Positions 40,267 to 52,101 of a stretch of 64,000 nt of DNA are shown in pieces (the stretch's first letter is position 1; every line of letters begins with the position of its first letter). The stretch lies in assembly GCA_964016885.1 (NCBI GenBank), contig OZ024740.1, positions 245,272,001 to 245,336,000 of the forward strand, written 5' to 3'. The stretch comes from Eledone cirrhosa (lineage: Eukaryota). The notes under the pieces are model-generated. The model was given only the letters and a program-made list of their open reading frames with translations. It had not been told where the DNA came from and searched no databases. The position numbers were made by a program, and so were the translations under genes.

Positions 40267-40435
40267 GCTAGTAACATTTTTTCTTCTGGAAAATCTGGCT
40301 TGCGGCCAGGCTGGGACTTTTTGGGTGGCATATCGGCAGTAACAATGACGATAAGCCGTCTGTGTTTTCGTGAAATAAATACGTTTGTTTATATTTTGTT
40401 TTTGTGTATACAAAAAATATCTGTACACGAATATA

Positions 40436-40524
<89 letters not shown>

Positions 40525-41023
40525 CAGATTAAAGCTTAAGCAAAGAATCGCTGCTTTCACCCTTAACGGGATCTTCTGAAACTAAAAAAATCAATCTGTG
40601 AACGCAGAAGTAAATATTTCGAAAAACGTTGCAACCAAAGGAAAACAGGAAGATGATACTTTGGTTCGTGAAGACAGACAGATATTATAAGCGTGCGACG
40701 TTATAGCTATGTATCTAATGCAGACAGCCAGACATACAGAGACATATTATAAGGGTGCGACGTTATAGTTATGTATCTATCTAAAAAGACAGACTAAGAA
40801 AGAGAGGGGAATGTCGTATAACCGGATGTGTTGACATTTGAAAATTTTAAAGAAGTGAATATTTAAATAAACGATAAAATATCTTTAATCTTTTAATGAA
40901 ATTTAGTAGACAAAAATACCCTCACTTTCTTACTTGGAAAAAGGTACATCTATGGTGCAAATTTGGTGCTGTTTGGTCCAGCCGTTTGGCGAAAAGTTTG
41001 TTACATACATACGGCCGTCAGCT

Positions 41024-41030
<7 letters not shown>
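40267..41030 (-). mobile_element. Non-autonomous Helitron-like element
   Basis: Minus-strand CTAG at 40267-40270 preceded by a GC hairpin; internal homology to 11103-11287. Confidence 0.6.
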
Positions 41031-41070
<40 letters not shown>

Positions 41071-41173
41071 TTATAATGGATGTCACCCCACTGTATATCG
41101 ATATATACGTATGTTTCTGTATGTCTCTTGTGTTGGAAAGGAGATCATGTATGTAAACAATCATTGAAAATTT

Positions 41174-41218
41174 GCTCCGAAGATTCCAAACCTCCGTTTG
41201 GACGAAACAATTGTAAGC
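41174..41218 (+). ncRNA. Minimal hammerhead with CCGAAGA core
   Basis: gct-CCGAAGA-t-tccaaac-ctcc-gtttgga-c-GAAAC-AATT-GTA-agc. Confidence 0.7.
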
Positions 41219-41352
41219 TAATCAATGGTTTGAACAGAACTTTGATTCATGTGATTTATATATATATATATATATGCGCGCGTGTGTGTGTGTATTATAA
41301 ATGTTATATATATGAAATATCAAATGAATGCGTCCCAACACAAAGATGATAA

Positions 41353-41885
41353 TAATTGTTCCTACATCTGGCACAAGGCCAACAAATACCCAGTGCATTA
41401 CTGGTACTTTATTTTATCGACCCCGTAGGGATGAAAGGCAAAGTTAACCTCGACGGGATTTGAACTCAGACCGTAAAGGGACGTAACTATGCTGGAAAGC
41501 ATGGCGTCCGACCCTCTACCGGTACTGCTAATAATCCATCACTATGAACGCAAAACTCCAGTAAATCACCTATTATTTATTGTGGTCGACTATCATTATG
41601 GTTAACTTTGCCTTTCATCCTTACGGGGTCGATAAAATAAAGTACCAGTAATGTACTTGAGGTAATTGCTGGCCTTGTGCCTAAAGTAGAAACAATTATT
41701 TTGAATTGGCAGTATCGGTAGAGGATTGGACGCCATGCTTTCTAGCATAGTTACGACCCTTTACGATCTGAGTTCAAATCCTGTCGAGGTTAACTTTGCC
41801 TTTCATCCTTACGGGGTCGATAAAATAAAGTACCAGTAATGTACTGGATAATTGCTGGCCTTGTGCCTAAAGTAGAAACAATTAT
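41353..41885. mobile_element. Three tRNA-derived SINE copies (-,+,+)
   Basis: Same family as 14876-15061. Confidence 0.85.
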
Positions 41886-42235
41886 GGTCATTTACGTTAG
41901 AACGTACACATTTCAAATTTTCCCGATGCTCTCTAAGTCAACCGATTTGCTTACACTTCTAGATAAAGGCTTAACAGTTACTAAAAAGACGGCCTTCCTT
42001 CCCAGTGGCTCATTAGCGTAGTAGTTAACGTAGGTGCCCGGCACCCGATAGATACTGGATTCCATTCCTCCAAGACTTCTCAGTTTTCCGTCCCCACGCG
42101 TACTTTACCCGTGTTTCTCTGGTTTTATTTATTGTAATAGACTATATTATGATCATTTACTTTGCACGCATTTTAAATCTTCACAATGTTTTCTTATATC
42201 AACTGCTTTGTATACACCTCTCTCTCTCTCTCTCA

Positions 42236-42297
<62 letters not shown>

Positions 42298-42361
42298 ATA
42301 ATATATATATGTATATATAATCATGATTTTATATATGTATATAGATGTGTATATAGATGTG

Positions 42362-42480
42362 AAGGCGTGTGGCTGAGTGGTTAGAGAATCGGATTCGCAA
42401 TCGTGAGATGGTGAGTTCGATCCCCGGACCGGGCGATGCGTTATGTCCTTGAGCAAGACACTTTATTTCACGTTGCTCCT
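42362..42480 (+). mobile_element. Second tRNA-derived SINE family
   Basis: A-box tggctgagtgg, B-box gagttcgatccc, followed by tgtccttgagcaagacacttta core. Confidence 0.75.
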
Positions 42481-43112
42481 TCTACCTGGAGTTGCGACCG
42501 ATAGATAGTACTAGCAATTGGAAAGACCAATGGAAGCATTGTTTCCTCGGTCCGATTTGACGAAAGTCGATCGTTCCTGATAGATGTGTATGTATAATAT
42601 ATATTATATATGTACGCGTATATGCTATATCAATGAGTACGATACTTGTTTTTGTTGTTTTATTGAATGTAATCGGACAAATTGAGTCATCTCCAACATC
42701 ACTGTTTAGAATGTTATTCCCACGCCTTCATATTAATATACCTTTACAAATATTTGTGTATTTTTCATTTCATACAATTACTCAGGTGATTAGGGTGGGA
42801 GTATTTATACTGATCATTTCTTTCTTCACATTTAATAGTGCATGCCTTCGAATTAGAATTTATAGGGAAATGTTATATATTAAAGTTTGCAGGAATGAAA
42901 AGCTAAGTTGTTCCTGGCTTAATTTGAATGCAGTACATAAACGGACAGAACTAAACACAGCAAATTCAGTTGTTGTTAGGAGTGAAGAACTTAACATTTC
43001 GGATCTATGACCTTCGTCTGAGAGAGTGAGGAAGGGTAAGAAAGAAATATAAGAGGAAGAGAAAAGAATGAGATACAGAGAAAGAGCTGTCGTTAGTTCT
43101 GTGAATTTATAT

Positions 43113-43297
43113 GGTGGATTGGCAGTATCGGTAGAGGGTCGGACGCCATGCTTTCCAGCATAGTTACGTCCCTTTATGATCTGAGTTCAAATCCCGCCGA
43201 GGTTGACTTTGCCTTTCATCCTTACGGGGTCGATAAAATAAAGTACCAGTAATGCACTGGGTAATTGCTGGCCTTGTGCCTAAAGTAGAAACAATTA
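43113..43297 (+). mobile_element. Full-length tRNA-derived SINE
   Basis: Near-consensus copy of the main SINE family. Confidence 0.88.
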
Positions 43298-44139
43298 TAT
43301 CTCCAAGCTTTCATAAAATGACCCAGCCTCAATTTCCCCTTGATATTTACTCTATTCTTCATGTCTTCATACACTCTTGATCTATTATAGCTATCGGTTT
43401 GCTCAAGTGTTCAGTATTTTGTATATTTAATGTATTAAAAAATATTTGAGAGGGACCAAGGCCACGTCAGCCTAAAAGTTTAACACGTTTAACAAGGAAG
43501 TTATGTTCCATTCATAGGTGCATGCATGATAGTGTGACTAAGAGGTTTGTTTGTGAAGAACGTAATTTCAGGTGCGATCTCAATGAATAGGACCTTGGGC
43601 AAATGTCTTCTACCAATAACTGGGGTCGATCAAGGTCAATTGTGAGTGAAGTTTTGTCGACGGAAACAGTATGGGAATCTGTCAAAGGGACCGTTCCTGT
43701 TTTTAGGTGGTAGACTTAATCTGTTACATAGTTTAACACCACCTTAATGGTATCCCCTCTCTTGAAAGTATTTAGACCAGGTTTTCAGTCTGAGTCGCTT
43801 CTTCCCATCGGTCTCGGAGACCTTGAAAAAGTCATGGGCATTGTAAAGGAAAATCTCATTTTATACAGATTCGTAATATAAACCTAATGTTAAATTGATG
43901 TTCGGCAGGACCCTTAGAGCGTCAGGCAAAATGTCAGCATTTTATGTTCTGAGTTCAAATCTCGTAGAGGTAAAATTTTTCTTCCATCCCTCCGTCGAGG
44001 GGAGGGGACATAAAATATAGTACCAGTCCAGTATTGGGTCGATTTACTTGAGCTTCCCCACCTCTATCGAAGTGTTGGCCTTCTTCCTAAGCTAGAAGCC
44101 ATTATGATTCATGAACAGGGTGGCTAATCCCACTCAGAA

Positions 44140-44368
44140 ATTGGCTGAGAGAACGCTGTCCCTGAAATGTCGGGCGAAAGTGGTTGTGTACTATCACCTA
44201 ACTGCCGTACCGTGTCTCCATAAATACCAGACCTGGTGCGCATGTTGTTTTTATTTTTCAGGAAAGAACAAGTCTCGCTAGTTAGAAAATCTATCTATTA
44301 CCAACATCCACACCATGGTGGTTTCGGGATGCCATTACTATTGATGTGCCGGCACGTGCTGTAGCTAA
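44140..44368 (+). pseudogene. Old L1/Tx1 ORF2 fragment
   Basis: Decayed homology to 54465-54715 (ERTLSLK..TAVPC..GMPLLLMCRH). Confidence 0.55.
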
Positions 44369-44389
44369 TGCACCAGCAGAATGACCTTG

Positions 44390-45620
44390 ACGACTGCGAT
44401 GACAACAAAGAAGACTCTGGGAGAGCTGGCTGCTGAGTTCGGCCTTAAGTTGAGTGTGGTCTTTCTACCCTCGGAGAAAAATAGGGTGGACATCCTAACC
44501 AGTGCGTAGAAAGCCTGGTCGGAAGCGCCAGAGGGTATGGAAAGGAGGATTGCTGCAGTGTATTGGCTAAGTGAACCGGAGTTGAAGAGGTTGCACACTA
44601 TGCATCACATAGAAGTGAATAGGACCCTGTTCCTTGCCAGGAAAGTCGACTCTGACTTTCCAAACAGAGTGTCCAGAAAGTGGTCAGGAGTTGTAACAGA
44701 TGTCAGTCTATCGACTCCGCCTCAGGCGCCAAGGCGTGCAAAAGACGGGTAACATCCCAGTGGAGCACAACTGGAAATGTTTAGCAGTGGATGTGACACA
44801 CTACTGACAGGGGACATATCTCTTGATGGTTGATTGCAGACCAGGGAGTATGGCAATATGGAGAGAGATGAAGATGGGGACTACAGAGGAAATTGCACAG
44901 ATACTGAAAGAGATGACACATTTCACCAATGGAAGCGGTGTTCCGGTACAACACGTTTCCGCGGGTGTGGCAGGCCGAGGAGTTGGTGCTAGATAGGGCA
45001 ATATATAGATATGGATGGCGACATCTGTACACATTATTATAATGACCTATGGAAGAAAGAGAGAATACATTCGTACAAGTGGGCGAAAAAGTCTGTGTAA
45101 AGCCCCCAAATGCACGTTACACATTTCTATGGGGAAAGAGAACGGTAACGGCTGTAAATTTACGAAACAACGTCTGTGAATGGAATTCCACGTCACATCT
45201 CTGATGTCCGTAGAGTCGTTGATTTGACAGACTTCGCAGAAGAAAAGTACGAAAGTGCCGATCCAACTGTGCGGAGATCGCAACGGAAACGCCGTTCACC
45301 TAGGTAGATGACGGACTTTGACATGGAGTGATATAATGGTGCGATTAATACTTGAGATCAGGGGGAGTATGGAGATAGGGTGCCGATAGTACAGGAAGCC
45401 GAAGCCTGAAATAATTTGCTCCCGCTGTAAGCGGGAAGGCCACATCGCCAACAATTTTGACCATAGAAACGGTCAAAGAGGAGTTACTGCACCAGTAGCT
45501 ACTCCCGAGAGCAAGCAAAGACGCTCTTGCAGTCGCTGCTCGTAGTGGAAGTACTGGTGGCGGGGAGCTGTCACGAGCCTTGTGGACACGGGCTGCACAA
45601 CGACATTAGTGACCCTGAAC
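44390..45620 (+). mobile_element. Gypsy-type LTR retrotransposon remnants (integrase, then gag knuckle/protease)
   Basis: LHTMHH..RTLFLARK..CNRCQSID..WKCLAVDVTHY..MVDC; CSRCKREGH near 45415; VDTGCTTTLV at 45582-45611. Confidence 0.7.
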
Positions 45621-46329
45621 TATAATTTACTGTGTCAAGAGAAGGCGGTATCCAGTCATAGCAATTTTTCTCAGACTGGTAAAGTCATTAAGTTTGATCA
45701 TCAGTTTGATAACTAGATGGTTCCAAAAGGTTTTTTTTAATGCTGTTACTGTTGGGTGGGGAGTTTAGATGTCTCAGTATAAATATATGTTTCAAGTCAG
45801 TTCTGATGAAGCAGACATTTGATCAAAGGCATTACAACCGTGACCATCCCATTTCTTTTTTCTTTTTGGTATATCAGGGATTATGTTGTCCAATGTATCG
45901 TTTTTATTTAACGCTTTTGATACCAACTCACCCAACACCACATCTGGTTCTATTGAACAAAACCATCCATTTCGAAGGTTCCTATATAAAATAAATCCTT
46001 ATATGATTTTATATAAAAACCTTTTTGTTATGTTACAAATAGCATCTTAATAATTAAAATAGTTTTAGTAAATTCCTCCAAATTATTAATTAATTAATTC
46101 AAATAAAGTGTATTTTATCAGAAATAGAATGATGAAAGGTCTGTGGTGTCTAAGTAAAAGGAGATGGCTGCTATTTCTAGCATTTTGAACAATCACATAA
46201 AAACTTCGAACAGTGGAGGTTTCAAGAGAAAGTATCCTTCTCTCGTGTGTACTACATAAACATATACATGTGTATTACATTAACAAGTAAATAGTCACAT
46301 ATGCATAACCATACACACAGGGATAGTCT

Positions 46330-46922
46330 CATGAGTTCCCTCGCTCCGGTGTCCAAAATCTGCCCCCTCACCACGCAGGTTTCGTGGGGTTGTCGAATTA
46401 GTCAGCGACGACTGGACCATGCAACAAGTTGTATTGGATTACAGAAAATGGTGCACTTTTAGGCTACGGCCAGCCACACAAACATGTAACATATCCTGAA
46501 CAAGTAATGCCTGTGCTTTGAAGGTTTTTTAAGTGGGGAAAGGCCTTGTACTCGACCAATCCCACTCTTTGAGCATCAAAAACACTACCCGAAAAGGAGA
46601 ACTAGTCAACTTCATCGAATGCTTCCGAAGCCGCAGGTTTTTTTTTTTTTCAGAGTTTCCCTCTTCTAGAAATGTGTTGTGACAACAACTGGGGGCTTTT
46701 CACTCCCAGGTAAAAAAAAAAAAGTACTATTTGGATGGCCGTTGACTCTGCTGAGTTCCTCCGCCCTTCGCCGGGTCTTGTATTTCATCCCGCAGGGTGT
46801 CCAAATATCACCCTCCTCACCAAGCAAGCTTGGTGGAGTTGCCGGTTTAGTCACCGACGACCCGATCATGAGATAGGTTGTACTGAGTTACATGTTACCA
46901 ATAACACTCGAGAGTGACCTGA
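46330..46922 (-). mobile_element. RTE-type 5' UTR fragments (two related motifs)
   Basis: 46730-46922 is homologous to 10495-10685; 46335-46445 is a more diverged version of the same motif. Confidence 0.65.
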
Positions 46923-47078
46923 CATACATACATACATACATACATACATACATACATACATACATACATACATACATACATACATACATGCATACATGCA
47001 TACATACATACATACATACATACATACATACATACATACATACATACATACATACATACATACATACATACATACATA

Positions 47079-47622
47079 CGAAAGAATGTCGTCGGGCTAT
47101 TACCTCCCTGTGAGACACGATGTGATAGCTAGAACCATCTGGATCGCGTTTAGGGATACAAAATTAAAAACAAATGAAGAGGAATATATTGAGATAGATG
47201 ACACTAAAGAATACTGGTGGAACCTGAAAATAAAAACTGCCACCAAATTAAAGCACAACCGGCCTGATATTGTTGTTTGGGACCACACATTGAAAACGTG
47301 TTCTGTTGTAGAGATAAGCCGCTCACTTGATGTCAACATTGTAAGGAAAATACAGGAGAAGGAGGATATCTACGGACCATTGATGAGAAGTTTGCAGATC
47401 CAGTATCCAAGATACACCTTCAGCTTCATACCCATCATTATTGGAGCTATAGGTTATATACTTGGATCAAAGTATAACTGAACTTGGATTTGTGGACAAA
47501 GAGTGCAGCTCCCTAATTCATAGACTACAAATGGCTGCGATAGTTGGCACCTTCAAAATTTGCAAAAGGAAGATGGCCGGTCAAAAATGTACTCGAAATT
47601 AAGAGGAAGAGAAACATACATA
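47079..47622 (+). mobile_element. R4/Dong-like RLE 3' fragment in (CATA)n
   Basis: YLPVRHDVIAR..KHNRPDIVVWD..VVEIS..EKEDIYGPL..IPIIIGAIG. Confidence 0.8.
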
Positions 47623-47674
47623 CGAAATATGCACAAATATACACAAATGTACACGACATTTACACACATAGCAA

Positions 47675-47705
<31 letters not shown>

Positions 47706-48870
47706 ACATTGCTTGAAGCTAAGCTATAAAGCTGTTCGTGTTGTTCTGCATTCCAGATAGTGTTATTAAACAATAGCGAAGCTAGGTGTGTCTTCTAACG
47801 ATTTAAACAGTTTGTTACCACAACCTCTGAAATAGTTTACGTTCCATATATTATGCCATGAAACCTCTCACTAAGATTTGTTTTAGAGTTATCGTTTAAC
47901 ATCGAATTTTTCATGCTTAACATGGGTTTGACAGAGCCTGCAGCTTATCACAGCTTCAAGGGGGTTAAATAATTGAGAGTACAAAACTTGAACAGGAACC
48001 GCTGGTACTCACTTTCAGCTGAGGGAACTGGAGCAACATGGAACGAAGTGCTTTGCTGAAAGACACAACACATCATGATCGTATGCTCAACACATTAATC
48101 ACATGCCTTCGCGTTCCTAAGTTGTAGCCTTGTAAAATCCTGCTGCTTTTTTTTTTTTTTTACTTTACGTTCATGTAATTGTTAGATCCGTTAAGGTATT
48201 GGATTAAATTCTTTGCGATATTTGTTCCGATTTTCTGCCTTCTGAGTTGAAAACCCACTAAAGTCGGTTTTCAGTGTTGATAAATAAAGCTGGGACGGGG
48301 TGCTTTGTAGCATCTGTTCTCGTTCTATGCTCTATGCGTTCTGAGTTCAAATCTCGTTCTTGTTACTTCCATCAGAAGTTGCGACGGACAGATAATGTCA
48401 GTAACGGAAAGACCAATAGAAAGTTTCTTTGGTTTTATCTGACGATCGACTTCTTCCCTGCCCCCCTTCCCCTATCTCAATGGTATTTTCTTTGTTTCAG
48501 GGTTTTAATGGAAACAAAGCAATAACTACAACAGCAACGAAAACAAAAGGGAAATTAGTTATTGTAATGATTAAGGATTTCTTCACTGAGAATTAATGAA
48601 GAGTTACAGCCAAACCAGGCCTGAGGGTGTGGATGGAAGGTGGACCAGCTGGGGAGTATTCACCTCAAATTCTAGTTTTTTCACATCTGTTCTGTCCCTT
48701 GTAAGTACATCAACTACACATGGTGATGGGGAAGAACCAATGAAACATCAGCTTTGCTGTATTTATTCTGGCTCTCACGCCATGAGTGCAAATCCCACCG
48801 AAATATACTTTGCTTTTCCTCTTTCGGGGTTGGTAAATATAGTATAAGTTCAATATTGGGGGAGGGGCAT

Positions 48871-48944
<74 letters not shown>

Positions 48945-48945
<1 letters not shown>

Positions 48946-49510
48946 GTACGTTATTCCGGGTTGAATCGGAGGTAACCACAGTAAGTAAGGTACTCAATAC
49001 ATTGCAGAGTATAAAAGTTTTAATATAGATGAGATTCTACAGGACTAGAACTGTTTCATTCTTTAGAAATCATCCGGAATCTGGGTATCAAAAAATAAGT
49101 ATGGTATTTATACAAGTGGTAGGAGAGGGTGGGGAGTGGGATGGGTGTAGGTCATTGGTTGATAGAAAAGGGAATTCATTAAAAGCTAATTCTACAAAGC
49201 TATAGTTTATTTTTATTTTTATTTTTATTTATTTTTGTTTTTAGAGTAACAAAGGCAGACAGAATTCTATAAACAGGTTCAGGATGGCATGCCATTCCTT
49301 ATTATTAAGTTTCTCTTAAGCTAACAGGTGTCTATAAGATCAGTGGGGGGTCAGTCATGGTAGATAGATTTAAAGGAAAGGGAGATTCTTTAAAAGCTAA
49401 AATCATTAAGGTTCTACTAAGTGACAAAGGTTTAGAGGATTCTGTAGACAAATTCAGAATATTAAGTGCATATCTTACAATTATCCTCAAATTACTCTTA
49501 AACTATCCAA
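48945..49510 (-). mobile_element. Family E element; HHR at 49032-49082 has mutated core CGGATGA
   Basis: Reverse-complement homologue of ~7450-8004, ending at (TA)n. Confidence 0.8.
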
Positions 49511-49811
49511 AAAACAACAGACACATTCACAAGACACACTCACTCACACACTCGCGCGCACCCATAAACACACATACACAGACACACATATACACAGACA
49601 CACATATAAATATATTTATATATATAAATATACACATACATATATACACATACATACACACACATACATACACACACATGTACACATATATATATATACA
49701 CATATACACTTGTATAAATACCATACTTATATATATATATATATATATATATACATGCACATACACACACATATACACTTGTATAAATACCATACTTATT
49801 TTTTGATACCC

Positions 49812-49862
49812 AGATTCCTGATGATTTCTAAAGAATGAAACAGTTCTAGTCCTGTAGAATTT
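49812..49862 (+). ncRNA. Type I hammerhead (family E)
   Basis: agattc-CTGATGA-tttctaaagaat-GAAACAG-ttctagtc-CTGTA-gaattt. Confidence 0.82.
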
Positions 49863-49864
49863 CA

Positions 49865-49920
<56 letters not shown>

Positions 49921-50664
49921 AGTATCTATCTATCTATATTTTTCTGCCTCACTCGCTCTCTCACCTTTTCTCTTTTTCGCCCGCCTTCTCTCTCTCACAA
50001 GTTGTCACATAGTGGGAATAAACCCGAAGACAGGTGGTTGTGAAGCCAGCTCTTTAACAACACCATTATATCTGAGCCTTGTGTCATTTTGTTGTGCCTG
50101 AGTTTCATGGTGCCGATTTTCGGGCGAAAAATAACCCATTGATACCAAAAATTCTTTGGCCAGAGCCTAACAACACAGCCACTTAATGAAATCCCTTTGT
50201 TTATTTAGAATATATAAACCATAAAAAATGTGTGGGTGTTCGTATGTATGTGTTTGTCTATAGGAACTTAAGGGTGAATGTGAACCTTGCCTTTTATCTG
50301 TTTCATTGTATTAATATATATATTTGGAAAAAAGAGTTTTTTCAAGGATTCGCTGTCCTTTAAAATCCCTTGGCCAATGACCTCCACCCAGCCTCAAAAT
50401 CCCCACTTTCCCCAACCACCAGAAAACATAAATGCCACCATATCACAATGATAGTTGGTTTTCCTGATGTTTTCCTTTGAATGAAACAGTTCTAGTCCTG
50501 TAAAAGCCATTTCTATATTAAATTTTATATATACTCAACTAATGTATTGAATACCTTACTTACTGTGGTAACCCCCGACTGAATCCGGGACTCACATACT
50601 CACACAAACAAACAAACAAACACATATACATATACATATATATATATATATATAAGAAAACAAT

Positions 50665-50722
<58 letters not shown>

Positions 50723-51241
50723 ATTGTTTTTTTTCTTTCAAACGACCATCGGTTGAATTACAAAACTAGAGACTAATTAATATTTAATTATTATTAAGCT
50801 GCTTCTGATTTGTTGAATTGTATCTGACAGTCCTTCGGCTGCTATTTCTAGCAGTATTGTAAGCCTACCATGTAATCTAATAAGGGACATTTATTCATGT
50901 AACGGTTCAATTACACAACGTGTTTTTGTACAGCCTGCTGGATCAGCGACGGTATGTAGTATTTCGTGATAGATATGTTCTCTTTGAATTGAAGAATTAC
51001 TCCCCTCACGAATTTGCGGATTCTTCAAATATTGGTCTTTTTCAATACTTACTTCTTCCGCAATTGAAACCATGGCAGGGGGATCGATATATAATGGAGA
51101 TTGACTAATTTATTTTTTTTTGTCCTTCTAAATTTAATATGTAATATTGCTTCTCTGATTGATAGTTTATCTATATATTTTATCCATTCATTGAGATGTA
51201 TAAGTATTAGAAACTAATTAATATCTAATTATTATTATTAT

Positions 51242-51785
51242 TTGAGGATTGCCCCGCCCTCTTCCTTTAGCCGGGAAGGGCAGGCAGTTTTTATCTGTCT
51301 GGTGGCCATGGCGAAAGAGATAGTATGGTGGACACGTTTGAAAGGGCTGAAGACGAGCACTTACCTCTTCGGTGATGCCCTGATTAACTTTTTCAAATTT
51401 CATTTGAAAAGGAAAATCAGGGTAGAGAGGGAAGTGCTCTCTTCCCAGCATTTTGTTGAAAGATGGGTGAGAGAAGCAAGAATGGCCCGAGTGAATGGGC
51501 CTACTCTGAGTATGTGTCTGTAAATTAAAGGTGGAAAACTGGGAGAGGGCACTTGCCCTGGTGGTCAGGGTCACTGTGGCTTTTTAATGGGCTTTCTCCA
51601 CGAATGTCCCTCGGAAGTCTCCCCCGTATTGGGGAATTTTTCATTGTTATTTTTTTGTTACATCCTCTGTTTTTGTTTTTTTACACGCAGAAATGCACAT
51701 TTGTACCGTCTTGTATTGTCCTGTACTGTCCTGTACTGTCCTTAATGTCTACTTTATGTAAACCCTTGTGGTTAATAAAGAAAGC
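51242..51785 (+). mobile_element. L1/Tx1 3' fragment flanked by (ATT)n
   Basis: Near-identical to 55263-55785; AATAAA followed by an ATT tail. Confidence 0.9.
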
Positions 51786-51812
51786 ATTATTATTATTATT
51801 ATTATTATTATT

Positions 51813-52000
51813 AGAGCGGTGGATTGGCAGTATCGGTAAAGGGTCGGACGCCATGCTTTGACGCATAGAGTTACAGCCCTTTCCATTCTGAGTTCAAATC
51901 CCGCCGAGGTTAACTTTGGCTTTCATCCTTACGGAGGTCGATGAAATAAAGTACCATTAATGCACTGGGTAATTGCTGGCCTTCTGCCAAAAGTAGAAAA
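51813..52000 (+). mobile_element. tRNA-derived SINE with (ATT)n tail
   Basis: Main SINE family; a 5'-clipped copy also lies at 55793-55955. Confidence 0.87.
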
Positions 52001-52040
52001 AAAAATTATTATTATTATTATTATTATATTATTATTATTA

Positions 52041-52101
<61 letters not shown>

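Noticed and set aside
42005-42435. tRNA-like sequences
   Set aside because: Pol III boxes without a full cloverleaf; SINE heads.
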